In this document: in pieces, positions 20,291 through 31,249 of the stretch
Numbering within the stretch: the first letter of the stretch is position 1
Layout: every line of letters begins with the position of its first letter
Assembly (NCBI GenBank): GCA_963762545.1
Contig: CAVXLC010000002.1
Location: forward strand, 1,120,356-1,184,355
Reading direction: 5' to 3'
Source of the DNA: an uncultured Gemmatimonadales bacterium
GTDB taxonomy: Bacteria; Gemmatimonadota; Gemmatimonadetes; Gemmatimonadales; GWC2-71-9
Length of the DNA: 64,000 nt
The notes under the pieces: model-generated
The model's database searches: none
Told to the model about the DNA's origin: nothing
The model's input: the letters and a program-made list of their open reading frames with translations, nothing else
Position numbers and translations under genes: made by a program

Positions 20291-21661
20291 GTGAACGTCC
20301 CGAAATCCGTATTCCGGGAGTACGATGTCCGCGGCGTCATCGACCGGGAGCTGACCCCGGCGTTCGCCCGGGCGCTGGGCCGAGCCTACGGATCCATCGC
20401 GTGGGCCAAGCTGGGTGGCATGCCGACCGTGGTGGTGGGGCGGGACAACCGGCCTTCGGGCGCCGGACTCAGCCAGGGGGTCCGGGCCGGCCTCCTGGAT
20501 TGCGGCGCCCGAGTAATCGATGTGGGCGAGCTGCCCACCCCCGCACTCTACTTCGCGATCCATCATCTGAACGCCGACGGCGGGGTGCAGGTCACCGGCA
20601 GTCACAACCCTCCGGAATTCAATGGATTCAAGATGGTGCTCGCCGGGGACTCGGTCCACGGCGAAGCCATTCTCGGTCTCTACGACGCGATTCTGAAGGA
20701 GGAATGGCGCAGCGGCACCGGCCGGGAGAGCGCCGATGCCTCGGTCCTCCCCGCGTATCGCGAGGCGATCGTGTCGCGCAACCACCTGGCCCGCCCGGTC
20801 AAGGTGGTGGTGGACTGCGGCAACGGTGTCTCGAGCCTCATCGCGGTGAGCACGCTGCAGGCCATGGGCGCGGAGGTCGTTCCGCTCTTCGCCGAGTCCG
20901 ATGGAACCTTTCCGAACCACCATCCCGACCCGACCGTGCCGGCCAATCTCGTCGATCTGCGCCGGGTGGTCCGGACCACCGGCGCCGAGCTCGGCATTGC
21001 GTTCGACGGCGATGGCGATCGCCTCGGGGCCGTGGACGAAACCGGCGCCATCGTATTCGGGGATCTGCTGCTGATCGTCTTCGGCCGCGACGCGGTCCGG
21101 CGATTCGGCGCCGGGATCCCGGTCATCTTCGACGTAAAGTGTTCGGACCTGCTGCCCCGCGCATTGACCGAGGCGGGCGCGCGCCCGGAGATGTGGAAGA
21201 CGGGCCACTCGCTCATCAAGGCGCGGATGAAGGAAGCCGGCGCGCCCCTCGCGGGAGAAATGAGCGGCCACCTCTTCTTCGGCGGCGACTGGTTCGGCTT
21301 CGACGACGCCCTGTTCGCGGCGGCCCGGCTGCTCGAGATCGTGAGCGCCGGATCCCCCGGGATGAGCCGGCTCCTGGCCGACCTCCCCCGGACGTCCACG
21401 ACCCCCGAGATCCGGGTCGACTGTCCCGACAGCGTCAAGTTCGGGGTGGTGGAACGCGCGGCCCGGCACTTCGCATCGCGCTATCCGGTCGACACGATCG
21501 ACGGCGTACGCATCACCTTTCCCGAGGGATGGGGGCTGCTCCGCGCGTCCAACACCCAGCCGGTGCTGGTGCTTCGGTTCGAAGCCGCGAGTCCCGCCGC
21601 CCTGGAGCGCAACCGCGCCGAAGTGACCGACTGGCTCGCGGTCCAGGGCGTCAGCGCCTGA
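20291..21661 (+). CDS. phosphomannomutase/phosphoglucomutase
   Basis: FREYDVRG, active-site loop TGSHNPPEFNGFK, metal loop FDGDGDR, and GEMSGH motifs. Confidence 0.9.
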   Translation: MNVPKSVFREYDVRGVIDRELTPAFARALGRAYGSIAWAKLGGMPTVVVGRDNRPSGAGLSQGVRAGLLDCGARVIDVGELPTPALYFAIHHLNADGGVQVTGSHNPPEFNGFKMVLAGDSVHGEAILGLYDAILKEEWRSGTGRESADASVLPAYREAIVSRNHLARPVKVVVDCGNGVSSLIAVSTLQAMGAEVVPLFAESDGTFPNHHPDPTVPANLVDLRRVVRTTGAELGIAFDGDGDRLGAVDETGAIVFGDLLLIVFGRDAVRRFGAGIPVIFDVKCSDLLPRALTEAGARPEMWKTGHSLIKARMKEAGAPLAGEMSGHLFFGGDWFGFDDALFAAARLLEIVSAGSPGMSRLLADLPRTSTTPEIRVDCPDSVKFGVVERAARHFASRYPVDTIDGVRITFPEGWGLLRASNTQPVLVLRFEAASPAALERNRAEVTDWLAVQGVSA

Positions 21662-21664
21662 TCG

Positions 21665-24067
21665 ATGAGCGGCCGGGCTCGGCGCGTCGCGATCGTCCTG
21701 GTGGCAGCGGCGCTGGTGCTTTCCGCCGGGCGGTGGGTCTCGGTCTTTCTGGCCGAGCGCCTCTGGGAATCCAGCGTATCGGAGGCGGTCGCGGTGGCCG
21801 GGGCCCGCCGGGCGCTCCTCAGCCTGACCCTCGAGCTGCTGGTGCTGTTCCTCTCGTCGGCCTGGTTCGTCGGTCATCTGGCCCTCGCGGCCCGGACCGC
21901 GCTGCCGGATCAGGCGCCCCTCGAGCGGCCCCAGGCCAGGCTCTGGCCCGCCCGGCTGCCCCGCTGGACGCTCTATCTCACCGGGGTGATCCTCGGCGTC
22001 ATGCTGGGCGCCGGCGCGGGCCGCTGGCTCGACGAGCTGCTTCTCACGCTGGATGGCGTCCGCTTCGGCATCACCGACCCGTTGCTCGGGGTGGACGTCG
22101 CGTTCTTCCTCCGGGACTTTCCGCTCTGGCTCGACCTGCAGCATCTGGTCTTCGCGCTGACCGCCACGGGACTCGCGGCCGTCCTGGCGATCCACGCCGC
22201 CGGCGGGGCCCTGGCGATCGTGGACCGGCGGCTCTGGATCTCGCCCAAGGTGCGGGGCCATCTCGCCGTGCTGCTCGGCCTCCTCGCGCTCACGATCGCG
22301 TGGGGTTCGCTGCTCGAGGAATTCCGTCTCGCCGCCGGCCTTCGCGGCCCCGTCGTGGCGTCGGAGTTCATGCTCCGGACGCTGGTCTCCCAGATCCAGG
22401 CGGGCATCGGGATCGCGGCGGCGTTGACCTGCCTCCTGTGGTGGCTTCGGATCCGTCCGGTGGCCGCGGTAGTGGTCTGGTCGCTCCTGGCGCTCTCCCT
22501 GGTGGCGGGGGGTATGCTGCCGCTCGGGACAGTGGCGGCGACGACCGACGAAGGATGGCGCAGCGCCGCGCGGCGCCTCGACTCGGTGGCCTTCGCGCTG
22601 GGGGATGCCGAAGGCCCGGCGCCCGCCTCTCGCGTCCCGGCGGCGGAGCTCATCCCGACCCTCTGGGACGAGGCCCTGATCCCGCTCGCCGCCGCCTCCG
22701 AGTCCACCACCGTCACCTCCGTGGGGCGCGGGTGGATTTCCGCGTCCGGGCGGGCCCGTCCGGTATGGTTTGCCGTGCGGGAAGGCGCCGGGCAGGCGCC
22801 GGCGCTGCTGGCGCTCGCCGACGACCAGGTCTCGGTGTCGGGAGGAATCCTGGCCTGGCGGGAGGGCGACAGCGCCACCTCGCCGGGCTCGGTCGCCTAT
22901 CGGGACCTCGGGACCCACACGCTCGGGCCGACGGCCCCCGCGATCGACATATCCATGGGCGCCCGGGGCATCGCGCTCGACTCCTGGGCCAAGCGCGTGG
23001 TCCTGGCGTGGGCGCTCCAGGTTCCGGCGGCGTTCTCCGCGCCGGCCGGCACCCGGCTGGGATGGCGCCTGGACCCTTCGGTGCGTCTGCAAGCCTCCGC
23101 GCCGTTCGCGCAATGGACCCGTCCGCGTCCGCGGATCGCCAGCGGCCGACTGATCTGGACCAGCGACGGCCTGCTCGAGTCAGCCAATTTTCCGAGCTCC
23201 GCCAGGATTGAGTGGCCCGGCGGCCCGGTGTCGATGCTTCGCAGCGCCTTCCTCGGGACGGTGGACGCGTCCACCGGCGCGGTGCGGATCTTCCGCCGCG
23301 CGGTCTCGGATTCGCTCGCGGCGGCATGGGCGCGCATCACGGCCCCGCTCATCGAGTCGCCGGGGTCCATCCCGCCGGAGCTGCGCGACGGAGATCCCTA
23401 TCCCGACGAGCTGCTGCTGGCCCAGGGCAGGGTGCTCGAGGATCCCGCCTGGCTCGCGGGACATCTGGAGCGGGCGGCCGACGGCAGCGAGCTCAAGCCG
23501 CCGGCCTCGGCGGGAGGCTCGGAGGCCCTGGTGCCGCTGGTCCGCGAGGTGTCCCGCCAGGTCACCGGCTTTCTGCTGGCGCGGCGGACCGCCTGGGGCG
23601 ACTCGGTGCGGCTCATCCGGCTCGACAGCACCCTCGCGGTGGAAAGCGCGTCCGCGCTGATCGAGAAGTGGAAGCTCTTCCCGTTTCAACAGGCCCTCTA
23701 CGATTCGATTCGCGCGTCCGGAGGACGCTTCGAGCCGGGCCGGGTTCGTCACATCGTCGCCGCGAACGGAATCGCCGCCTACCAGCCGGCCTGGTCGGTG
23801 CCGGCGGCGGGGCGGGCCCAGCTGGTGCTGGTGAACGTCATGCTGGGCCGCAAGCTGGGGACCGGGCGAAGCTTCGCGGAGGCGTGGCGCAACCTGCGGG
23901 GCGAGGTCGGGCCCCTGGTTCCCGGCGCCGGTGCCGAAGCGGTGCTCGAGGAAGCCCGGCGCTGGATGCGGCACGCCGATTCGGCGTTCAAGCGGGGCGA
24001 CTATCAGGAGATGGGGCGGGCGCTCCAATTCCTGCACGAGCTGCTGGAACCCAGCCGGAAGCGTTGA
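21665..24067 (+). CDS. large polytopic membrane protein, UPF0182-like
   Basis: About 7 N-terminal TM segments, a LLGVDVAFFLRDFPLW motif, a long extracytoplasmic part, and a C-terminal ...FKRGDYQEMGRALQFLHELL typical of UPF0182. Assigned from memory of the family. Confidence 0.55.
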   Translation: MSGRARRVAIVLVAAALVLSAGRWVSVFLAERLWESSVSEAVAVAGARRALLSLTLELLVLFLSSAWFVGHLALAARTALPDQAPLERPQARLWPARLPRWTLYLTGVILGVMLGAGAGRWLDELLLTLDGVRFGITDPLLGVDVAFFLRDFPLWLDLQHLVFALTATGLAAVLAIHAAGGALAIVDRRLWISPKVRGHLAVLLGLLALTIAWGSLLEEFRLAAGLRGPVVASEFMLRTLVSQIQAGIGIAAALTCLLWWLRIRPVAAVVVWSLLALSLVAGGMLPLGTVAATTDEGWRSAARRLDSVAFALGDAEGPAPASRVPAAELIPTLWDEALIPLAAASESTTVTSVGRGWISASGRARPVWFAVREGAGQAPALLALADDQVSVSGGILAWREGDSATSPGSVAYRDLGTHTLGPTAPAIDISMGARGIALDSWAKRVVLAWALQVPAAFSAPAGTRLGWRLDPSVRLQASAPFAQWTRPRPRIASGRLIWTSDGLLESANFPSSARIEWPGGPVSMLRSAFLGTVDASTGAVRIFRRAVSDSLAAAWARITAPLIESPGSIPPELRDGDPYPDELLLAQGRVLEDPAWLAGHLERAADGSELKPPASAGGSEALVPLVREVSRQVTGFLLARRTAWGDSVRLIRLDSTLAVESASALIEKWKLFPFQQALYDSIRASGGRFEPGRVRHIVAANGIAAYQPAWSVPAAGRAQLVLVNVMLGRKLGTGRSFAEAWRNLRGEVGPLVPGAGAEAVLEEARRWMRHADSAFKRGDYQEMGRALQFLHELLEPSRKR

Positions 24068-24122
24068 AGGAGTATGCGCACTCCGGCTACCTTTGGCCGA
24101 CGCTTTTCCCGATGAGGCTGGA

Positions 24123-25262
24123 TTGAATCTCCACGAATACCAGGCCAGGGCGCTGCTCAAGGCCGCAGGCATCCCGATGCCCGACGGCGACGTGGCCGCG
24201 ACCCCCGACGAGGTGGAGGCGATCGCCGCGCGCCTCAAGAAGCCCGTGGTCGTCAAGGCGCAGGTGCATGCCGGCGGCCGCGGCAAGGCCGGTGGTGTGA
24301 AGGTGGCCAAGACCCCGGCGGAGGCGCGCGACGTCGCCAGCCGCATTCTGGGGATGACCATCAAGGGTCTGGTGGTCCAGCGGGTACTGGTCGTTCCCGC
24401 GGAGGACATCGCGAGCGAGAGCTATGTCGGGCTCATCATGGACCGGGAATCCCAGCGCCCGGTGTTCATGGTGAGCGCGGCGGGCGGTGTGGACATCGAA
24501 GAGGTGGCCGCGACCACGCCGGACCAGATCGTGCGGCTGGCGGTGGACCCCCGATACGGCCTCTTCGCGCACCAGGCCCTGGGACTGGCGCTCACGCTCT
24601 ATGCCGACTTTGCCCAGGCACGCGCCGCCGCCGCCATCATGCAGCAGCTCTATGCGGTCTTCACCGGCAACGGCGCCTCCCTGGTGGAAATCAACCCGCT
24701 GGTCACGACCCCGGCCGGCCAGGTGATCGCGCTCGACGCCAAGCTCTCGGTGGACGACAACGAGCTGGACCGGCGCCCCGATCTTGCCGCGCTGCGGGAC
24801 GAATCCGCCGAAGCGCCGAGCGAAGTCGCGGCCCGGGAGGCCGGCCTCACCTTCATCAAGCTCGATGGGAACGTCGGCTGCGTGGTGAACGGCGCGGGGC
24901 TGGCCATGGCCACCATGGACCTGGTGAAATACTACGGCGGCGAGCCGGCCAATTTCCTGGATATCGGAGGCAGCTCGAATCCCGACAAGGTCGTGGCCGC
25001 CCTCCGGATCATCACCTCCGATCCCGCGGTGAAGTCGATCCTCTTCAACATCTTCGGCGGAATCACCCGCACCGATGACGTGGCCAACGGCATCGTCACG
25101 GCCATGTCCCAGTTCACGGTGAGCCTGCCGGTGGTGATCCGGCTGACCGGCACCAACGAAGCCAGGGCGTTCGAAATCCTGAAGGGGATCGGGATGCGAG
25201 CCCTGTCCGACATGGACGAGGCGGTCCAACAGGCGGTCGAGCTGGCGAAGGGGGCCGCGTGA
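24123..25262 (+). CDS. sucC: succinate--CoA ligase (ADP-forming) subunit beta
   Basis: TTG start giving (M)[27 protein letters not shown] and NIFGGITR motifs. Confidence 0.95.
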   Translation: MNLHEYQARALLKAAGIPMPDGDVAATPDEVEAIAARLKKPVVVKAQVHAGGRGKAGGVKVAKTPAEARDVASRILGMTIKGLVVQRVLVVPAEDIASESYVGLIMDRESQRPVFMVSAAGGVDIEEVAATTPDQIVRLAVDPRYGLFAHQALGLALTLYADFAQARAAAAIMQQLYAVFTGNGASLVEINPLVTTPAGQVIALDAKLSVDDNELDRRPDLAALRDESAEAPSEVAAREAGLTFIKLDGNVGCVVNGAGLAMATMDLVKYYGGEPANFLDIGGSSNPDKVVAALRIITSDPAVKSILFNIFGGITRTDDVANGIVTAMSQFTVSLPVVIRLTGTNEARAFEILKGIGMRALSDMDEAVQQAVELAKGAA

Positions 25263-26137
25263 GCATCTTCGTCGACCAGAGCACTCGCCTGGTGGTCCAG
25301 GGAATCACCGGGCGAGACGGCTCCTTCCATACGCGGCAGATGATGGCGTACGGCACCGGCGTCGTGGCCGGCGTCACCCCCGGCAAGGGTGGGCAGCGGT
25401 TCGACGGCGCGGTGCCGATCTTCCACACCGTCGCCGAGTCGGTGCGCCAGACCGGCGCCAATACCTCGGTGATCTACGTGCCTCCCGCGCTGGCCGCGGG
25501 GGCCATTGCCGAGGCCGCGGATGCCGGCATCCGGCTCATCGTCTGCATCACCGAAGGCATTCCGGTGCTCGACATGGCCCGGGTGATGCCGTTCGTCCGG
25601 GAAAAGGGGGCCCGCCTCCTGGGCCCCAACTGCCCCGGATTGATCACGCCGGGGGTGGCGAAGGTCGGCATCATTCCGGGCCAGATCTGCGCCCCGGGCC
25701 GGGTCGGGCTCGTCTCGCGCAGCGGAACCCTCACCTACGAGGTGGTGTACCACTTGACCCGTCAGGACATCGGGCAGAGCACCTGCGTGGGCATCGGCGG
25801 TGACCCGGTCATCGGGACCAACTTCATCGACGTGCTGCGGGCCTTCCAGGACGATCCCGGTACCGACGCGATCGTGATGTTGGGCGAGATTGGCGGGACC
25901 GACGAGCAGAAGGCGGCGGCGTTCGTGCGCGACTCGGTCTCCAAGCCGGTGGTCGGCTTCATCGCGGGGCAAACCGCGCCCAAGGGGCGCCGGATGGGAC
26001 ACGCCGGGGCGATCATTTCCGGCTCATCGGGCACCGCCGAGGAAAAGCTCCACGCCTTCGAGGAGGCCGGCATCGGGATCATGCGGCGCCCGGTGGACGT
26101 GGTTGCGGCAATCCGGGGGAAACTGACGTCACGGTAG
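25259..26137 (+). CDS. sucD: succinate--CoA ligase subunit alpha
   Basis: GTGA overlap with suc[23 protein letters not shown] and the active-site histidine region MGHAGAII. Confidence 0.95.
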   Translation: MSIFVDQSTRLVVQGITGRDGSFHTRQMMAYGTGVVAGVTPGKGGQRFDGAVPIFHTVAESVRQTGANTSVIYVPPALAAGAIAEAADAGIRLIVCITEGIPVLDMARVMPFVREKGARLLGPNCPGLITPGVAKVGIIPGQICAPGRVGLVSRSGTLTYEVVYHLTRQDIGQSTCVGIGGDPVIGTNFIDVLRAFQDDPGTDAIVMLGEIGGTDEQKAAAFVRDSVSKPVVGFIAGQTAPKGRRMGHAGAIISGSSGTAEEKLHAFEEAGIGIMRRPVDVVAAIRGKLTSR

Positions 26138-26158
26138 GGGCGGGGTCTTTCAAGGGAG

Positions 26159-26593
26159 ATGAACGTGGCAGGCAACCAGACTTTGGGGATCATCAAGCCC
26201 GACGCGGTCGCGGGAGGCAAGCTCGGGGCCATCGCCGGGCACATCGAGCGGGAGGGCTTCCGGATCCGGGCCGGAACGCTGATGCGGCTGTCCCGGGTGC
26301 AAGCCGAGGCCTTCTACGAGGTGCACCGGGGCCGGCCGTTCTACGAGGAGCTGGTCACCTTCATGAGCAGCGGTCCCTGCTTTCCCATGGCGCTGGAGCG
26401 AACCGGGGCCGTGGCGGCCTTTCGGGCCGCGATTGGCGCCACCGATCCCGCGGAGGCGGCGCCCGGAACGATCCGGAAGCTCTATGCCGAATCAAAGGGC
26501 AGGAATGCGGTCCATGGGTCCGATAGCGACGAGAATGCGGCTCGGGAAATCGCCTTCTTTTGGAGCGAGGCCGAGCGGGCCGGACTCTGGTAG
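26159..26593 (+). CDS. ndk: nucleoside-diphosphate kinase
   Basis: [11 protein letters not shown] and NAVHGSDS (active-site His) motifs. AAGGGAG lies upstream. Confidence 0.93.
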   Translation: MNVAGNQTLGIIKPDAVAGGKLGAIAGHIEREGFRIRAGTLMRLSRVQAEAFYEVHRGRPFYEELVTFMSSGPCFPMALERTGAVAAFRAAIGATDPAEAAPGTIRKLYAESKGRNAVHGSDSDENAAREIAFFWSEAERAGLW

Positions 26594-26612
26594 GAGCCGT
26601 TCCCGGGCAGGT

Positions 26613-26641
26613 TTGACCTAAGTCCGCTTGCCATGTAGCTT
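26613..26641 (+). promoter_or_regulatory. candidate sigma70-like promoter TTGACC-N17-TAGCTT ahead of yceD
   Basis: The hexamers were read at 26613-26618 and 26636-26641. The ATG of yceD lies 9 nt after the -10 element. Confidence 0.3.
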
Positions 26642-26649
26642 TAGGGGCT

Positions 26650-27114
26650 ATGCTAGAGGTTGACATTCGCGAGCTCCGCCACGGTCCCGTCGAGACCAGC
26701 GGTGAGCTCGCTGCCGCAGACCCGTTGTTCGAGGGGCTCGAAGTACCGCTCGAGGGGGCCCTCTCCGTCGGGGGAACCTTGGAGCGTGCCGGCCAGAATG
26801 GGTTTTTCTGGCACGGCCGGTTCGAGGGCCAGGTGCGCTCGGTATGCCGGCGATGCCTGACCGAGTTCGTCATGCCGGTGGCGCAGTCGGTCGAGGTGAT
26901 GTTCTCACCCGATCCCGACCTCCAGGACGACCCCAGCGTCTATCCGCTGGCCGAACCAACGGCGCGGGTCGATGTCCGGCCTGCGGTGCGGGAAGAGCTG
27001 GCACTGGCGGTCGATCACTTTCCGCTGTGCCGGGAAGATTGTCGCGGGCTCTGCCCGCGTTGCGGGGCCGATTTGAATCGTGGGGCGTGTCAGTGTACCG
27101 CCCCCTCTGCCTAG
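26650..27114 (+). CDS. yceD: YceD/DUF177 family protein (23S rRNA accumulation protein)
   Basis: CRRCLTEF...CREDCRGLCPRCGADLN Cys pattern. It sits in the conserved position immediately upstream of rpmF-plsX. Confidence 0.85.
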   Translation: MLEVDIRELRHGPVETSGELAAADPLFEGLEVPLEGALSVGGTLERAGQNGFFWHGRFEGQVRSVCRRCLTEFVMPVAQSVEVMFSPDPDLQDDPSVYPLAEPTARVDVRPAVREELALAVDHFPLCREDCRGLCPRCGADLNRGACQCTAPSA

Positions 27115-27127
27115 ACTCGAGGGCACC

Positions 27128-27310
27128 ATGGCCGTACCGAAGAGAAAAATGTCCAAGCGCAGGAAGCGGCTGCGCCGCGGAAACCATTCGGGCGCCGGCA
27201 TGGCCACTCAGGCCTGCCCCCGCTGCGGATCGGCCCGGCTGCCCCATCGGGTCTGCGGGTCGTGCGGATACTACGCCGGCAAGAAGCGCCTCGAGGTCGA
27301 GGACAGCTGA
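27128..27310 (+). CDS. rpmF: 50S ribosomal protein L32
   Basis: MAVPKRKMSKRRKRLRR...CPRCG...HRVCGSCGYY. Confidence 0.95.
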   Translation: MAVPKRKMSKRRKRLRRGNHSGAGMATQACPRCGSARLPHRVCGSCGYYAGKKRLEVEDS

Positions 27311-27312
27311 GC

Positions 27313-28326
27313 GTGATCCGCGTCGCGCTCGACGCGATGGGGACCGACCAGGCTCCCCGCACCGAGGTCGAGGGTGTGGCTCTGGCCCTGCGCGAGCTTC
27401 CCCCGGTGTTTTCGGTGCAGCTGGTGGGGCAGACCGCGGCCATCGAGGCTGAGCTGGCCAGGCATCCCGACCTCGATCGCAGCCGGATCGCGGTCGTGGA
27501 GGCCCCCGAAGTGATCGGGATGGGGGAGAAGCCGCTCCAGGCCGTCCGCAAGAAGCGGAAGTCCAGCCTGGTGGTCGGGCTGGGCCTCCAGGCCCAGGGC
27601 AAGTCCGACGCCTTCATCTCCGCCGGCAACACCGGCGCCATGCTCGCCGCGTCCACGGTGCTCCTCGGCCTCCACGACGGCGTGGAGCGCGCCACGGTCG
27701 GCACGCTGTTGCCCACGGTGGAGGGCCCCGTCCTCACGCTCGACGCGGGAGCCAACGTGGAGTGTTCGGCGCGCGAGCTGGTGGGCTTCGCGCACCTCGG
27801 TACGGTGTACATGCGCATCATCCTGGGCCGTCCCTCCCCCAAGGTGGGATTGCTCAACGTCGGAGAGGAGGAGGAGAAGGGCACCGCGATCGTCAAAGAG
27901 GCCTTCCGGCTTCTCAAGGCCGACCCCCGGCTCAACTTCGTGGGCAACATCGAAGGCCGCGATATCCTGGGCGGCCACCCCAAGCACGGCCGTCTCGACG
28001 TCGTGGTGTGCGACGGGTTCGTCGGCAATGTGGTCCTCAAGTTCTACGAGTCGGTGATGTTCCTGGTGCGGCATCTGGCGGAGGAAGGCGCCCCCGACAT
28101 GTGGGAGCGCAAGGAGATCCGCGCCGCCTTCCGGATGCTGGACTACTCCCAGTACGGCGGGGCGCCGCTGCTCGGCGTCAAGGGCGTCTCCATCATCTGT
28201 CACGGCTCCTCGAACGCCAACGCCATCCACCACGCCATCCGCGTCGCGGTCCAATCCGTCGAAGTGGAACTGGCCAGGCACATCGGGGCTGAATTCGCCG
28301 AGCGCGAAGCAGCGGCGCGCTCGTGA
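27313..28326 (+). CDS. plsX: phosphate acyltransferase PlsX
   Basis: GTG start. IRVALDAMGTDQAP, ISAGNTGA and VVCDGFVGNVVLK motifs. Confidence 0.93.
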   Translation: MIRVALDAMGTDQAPRTEVEGVALALRELPPVFSVQLVGQTAAIEAELARHPDLDRSRIAVVEAPEVIGMGEKPLQAVRKKRKSSLVVGLGLQAQGKSDAFISAGNTGAMLAASTVLLGLHDGVERATVGTLLPTVEGPVLTLDAGANVECSARELVGFAHLGTVYMRIILGRPSPKVGLLNVGEEEEKGTAIVKEAFRLLKADPRLNFVGNIEGRDILGGHPKHGRLDVVVCDGFVGNVVLKFYESVMFLVRHLAEEGAPDMWERKEIRAAFRMLDYSQYGGAPLLGVKGVSIICHGSSNANAIHHAIRVAVQSVEVELARHIGAEFAEREAAARS

Positions 28327-29315
28327 GCACCGCGCCGATCGCCGCGATCACCGGTCTGGGCACCGCCGTGCCCGACCGGATCGTGACCAACGCGGATTTC
28401 GCCGCGTATCTGGATACCTCCGATCAGTGGATCGTGGAGCGCACCGGCATTCGGGAGCGGCACATCGCGGCACCGGGCGAGACCCTGACCAGCCTGTGTC
28501 AGACCGCCTCGCGGTGCGCGATGGCCAATGCCGGAGTCACCGCCGAGCAGCTCGACTTCATCATCCTGGGCACCATCAGTCCCGACCGTCGGCTGCCCGC
28601 CTCGGCCTGTGAGCTCCAGGCGCTGCTCGGCGCCCGGAACGCGGCCGCCTTCGACATCGCCGCGGCCTGCCCGGGGTGGCTCTATGGCCTGGCCCTCGCC
28701 GAAGGCCTGATCGCCTCCGGCAAGGCCAAGACGGTGCTGACTCTCGGGGCGGAAAAGCTCTCGAGCGTCACCGACATGACCGATCGCAGCACCGCGGTCC
28801 TCTTTGGCGACGGCGCCGGCGCATCCATCGTCCAGCCCGCCTCGGGAGACGGCCGCGGGATCCTGTCCATCGTGCTGGGGGCCGACGGCACGCTCGCCAA
28901 CCTGCTGTACATCCCCGCCGGCGGCTCGACCGAGCCGATCAGCAGCAAGGTGGTGGAGGAGCGGACCCACTACATCCGGATGGCCGGCCGCGAAGTGTTC
29001 AAGGCGGCGGTGCTCGCCATGGCGCGGGCCTGTGACGAGGCGCTGGCCAAGGCGGGGGTGACGGCCGCCGAGATCGACCTCCTGGTGCCGCACCAGGCCA
29101 ATCTCCGGATCATCGAGGCCACCGCGAAGCACGCCGGCATGCCGATGAGCAAGGTGATGGTCAACGTGGACCGGTATGGCAACACCTCCGCCGCCTCGAT
29201 TCCCATCGCCATCGCCCAGGGAGTGGAGGAGGGGCGGATCAAGCCCGGATCGCTCCTGCTCCTGGTCACCTTCGGCGCCGGTTTCACCTGGGGCAGCGTC
29301 GTCGTCAGATGGTGA
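28323..29315 (+). CDS. fabH: 3-oxoacyl-ACP synthase III
   Basis: GTGA overlap with plsX. SDQWIVERTGIRERH, active-site Cys context AACPGWLYGL, HQANLRII and GNTSAASIP motifs. Confidence 0.95.
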   Translation: MSTAPIAAITGLGTAVPDRIVTNADFAAYLDTSDQWIVERTGIRERHIAAPGETLTSLCQTASRCAMANAGVTAEQLDFIILGTISPDRRLPASACELQALLGARNAAAFDIAAACPGWLYGLALAEGLIASGKAKTVLTLGAEKLSSVTDMTDRSTAVLFGDGAGASIVQPASGDGRGILSIVLGADGTLANLLYIPAGGSTEPISSKVVEERTHYIRMAGREVFKAAVLAMARACDEALAKAGVTAAEIDLLVPHQANLRIIEATAKHAGMPMSKVMVNVDRYGNTSAASIPIAIAQGVEEGRIKPGSLLLLVTFGAGFTWGSVVVRW

Positions 29316-30235
29316 GCATTCTCCTCTTTCCGGGGCAGGGTGCGCAGAAGGTGGGGATGGGCAAGGATCTCGCGGCGGCTTTTCCGGAAGCCCGGGATAC
29401 CTTTCTCGCCATCGATGCGGCGCTCGGCGTCCCCCTCTCCCGCACCATGTGGGAGGGACCCGCGGAGGAGCTCCAGCTGACCCAGTTCACCCAGCCCGCC
29501 ATCGTCGCCCATTCGGCCGCGGTACTGGCGGTGGCCGGCGCGAGACTCGGCCGGGTGGCCGGTGCCGCGGGGCACAGTCTGGGTGAGTACAGCGCCTACG
29601 TGTCGGCCGGCTCGCTCACTCCGGTGGACGCGGCCCGGCTGGTGCGGCTTCGCGGCGAGCTCATGAACGAGGCCGGGCGGCAACGGCCCGGCGCCATGGC
29701 CGCGGTCCTGGGCCTCCCCTCGGCCGAGGTGGAACGCGCGTGTCTGGAGGCGTCCGCGCCGGGGAGCGTCGCGGTCGCCGCGAACCTGAACGCGCCCGAT
29801 CAGACGGTTCTTTCCGGCGACCCGCCGGCGGTGCAGCGGGCGGGTGATGGGTGCAAGGCCAAAGGAGCCAAGAAGGTGATCGCGCTCAAGGTGAGCGGGG
29901 CGTTCCATTCACCGCTCATGGCTCCCGCGGCGGCGGGCCTGGCCGCAGCGCTGGAGGCCGTCCCGTTCGCGCGGGCGTCGTTCCCGGTCGTGGCCAATGC
30001 GAGCGCCACCCCGGTGACCGAGCCCGCAGAGGCCCGGCGCCTGCTCCGCGAGCAGCTCACGGCCCCGGTGCGCTGGGTGGAGTGCGTGCAGACGCTGGCC
30101 CGGCTGGGACCCGGCGCGCGGTTCATCGAGATCGGACCGGGGACCGTTCTGGGCGGCCTCCTCAAGCGGATTCTTCCGGAGCCCTCATACCTCTCGCTCG
30201 GGAGTGCGGCCGACGTGGAGAAGTTCCTCGCATGA
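29309..30235 (+). CDS. fabD: malonyl-CoA-ACP transacylase
   Basis: LFPGQGAQKVGMG, GHSLGEYSA and VSGAFHSPLM motifs. Confidence 0.95.
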   Translation: MVSILLFPGQGAQKVGMGKDLAAAFPEARDTFLAIDAALGVPLSRTMWEGPAEELQLTQFTQPAIVAHSAAVLAVAGARLGRVAGAAGHSLGEYSAYVSAGSLTPVDAARLVRLRGELMNEAGRQRPGAMAAVLGLPSAEVERACLEASAPGSVAVAANLNAPDQTVLSGDPPAVQRAGDGCKAKGAKKVIALKVSGAFHSPLMAPAAAGLAAALEAVPFARASFPVVANASATPVTEPAEARRLLREQLTAPVRWVECVQTLARLGPGARFIEIGPGTVLGGLLKRILPEPSYLSLGSAADVEKFLA

Positions 30236-30972
30236 CCGGGATCGACCTGACCGGCCAGGTTGCCTTCGTCACCGGGAGCACGCGGGGAATCGGCCGCGCC
30301 ATCGCGGAAAGGCTTCACGCCGCCGGTGCCAAGGTGGCGATCGTGGGGCGCAAGGCCGAGGCGGCGGCCGAGGTGGCCGCGGCCCTGGGCGAGGGCGCCC
30401 AGGGGTTCGGGTGTGACGTGGCGCAGGCGGCGCAGGTGGCCGCGGCGGTGGCCGCGGCGGAACAGGGACTGGGCCCCATTTCCATCCTGGTCAACAATGC
30501 CGGCCTGACCCGGGACAACATCCTGCTCCGGCTCTCGGACGACGACTGGAACGCCGTGCTGGAGGCCAACCTGACCGGCGCGTTTCATACCACCCGGGCC
30601 GTGATCAAGGGCATGATGAAGCGGCGTGCCGGGCGGATCATCAACATCACGAGTGTGGTTGGCCTCACCGGCAACAAGGGACAGGCCAACTATGCGGCCA
30701 GCAAGGCAGGGTTGATCGGGTTCACCAAGTCGGTGGCCCGGGAGTACGCCAGCCGGAACGTGCTCGCCAATTGCATTGCGCCGGGGTTCATAGAGACGGA
30801 TATGACCGCCGCCTTGCCCGCCGAGGCCCGGGACGCGTTATTAGGGCAGATCGCCCTGGGACGCCTGGGACAGCCGGCGGACATCGCCGGCGCGGTCCTC
30901 TTCCTGTCCTCGGAGCTGGCTTCCTACATCACCGGGCAGGTTCTGGTCGTCGACGGCGGCATGGTCATCTGA
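30232..30972 (+). CDS. fabG: 3-oxoacyl-ACP reductase
   Basis: ATGA overlap with fab[22 protein letters not shown] and [14 protein letters not shown] motifs. Confidence 0.95.
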   Translation: MTGIDLTGQVAFVTGSTRGIGRAIAERLHAAGAKVAIVGRKAEAAAEVAAALGEGAQGFGCDVAQAAQVAAAVAAAEQGLGPISILVNNAGLTRDNILLRLSDDDWNAVLEANLTGAFHTTRAVIKGMMKRRAGRIINITSVVGLTGNKGQANYAASKAGLIGFTKSVAREYASRNVLANCIAPGFIETDMTAALPAEARDALLGQIALGRLGQPADIAGAVLFLSSELASYITGQVLVVDGGMVI

Positions 30973-31007
30973 CGCCGCCAGCATTCACTCTTTTCGTTGA
31001 GGGCCGC

Positions 31008-31247
31008 ATGAGCGACATGGTCGAGAAGGTGAAGGACATCATCGTCGAGGAGCTGGGCGTCGAGCGCGAGAAGCTCACCGACAGCGCCAGTTTCATGGAG
31101 GACCTTGGCGCCGATTCGCTCGACACGGTCGAGCTGGTCATGGCGTTCGAGAAGGAATTCGACATCGACATTCCCGACGAGGAAGCGGAGAAGCTCCGCA
31201 CCGTCGGCGATGCGCTCAAGTACCTGCAGGACAAGCTCGGGAAGTAG
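31008..31247 (+). CDS. acpP: acyl carrier protein
   Basis: 79 aa with the [19 protein letters not shown] phosphopantetheine-site motif. Confidence 0.97.
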   Translation: MSDMVEKVKDIIVEELGVEREKLTDSASFMEDLGADSLDTVELVMAFEKEFDIDIPDEEAEKLRTVGDALKYLQDKLGK

Positions 31248-31249
31248 GC

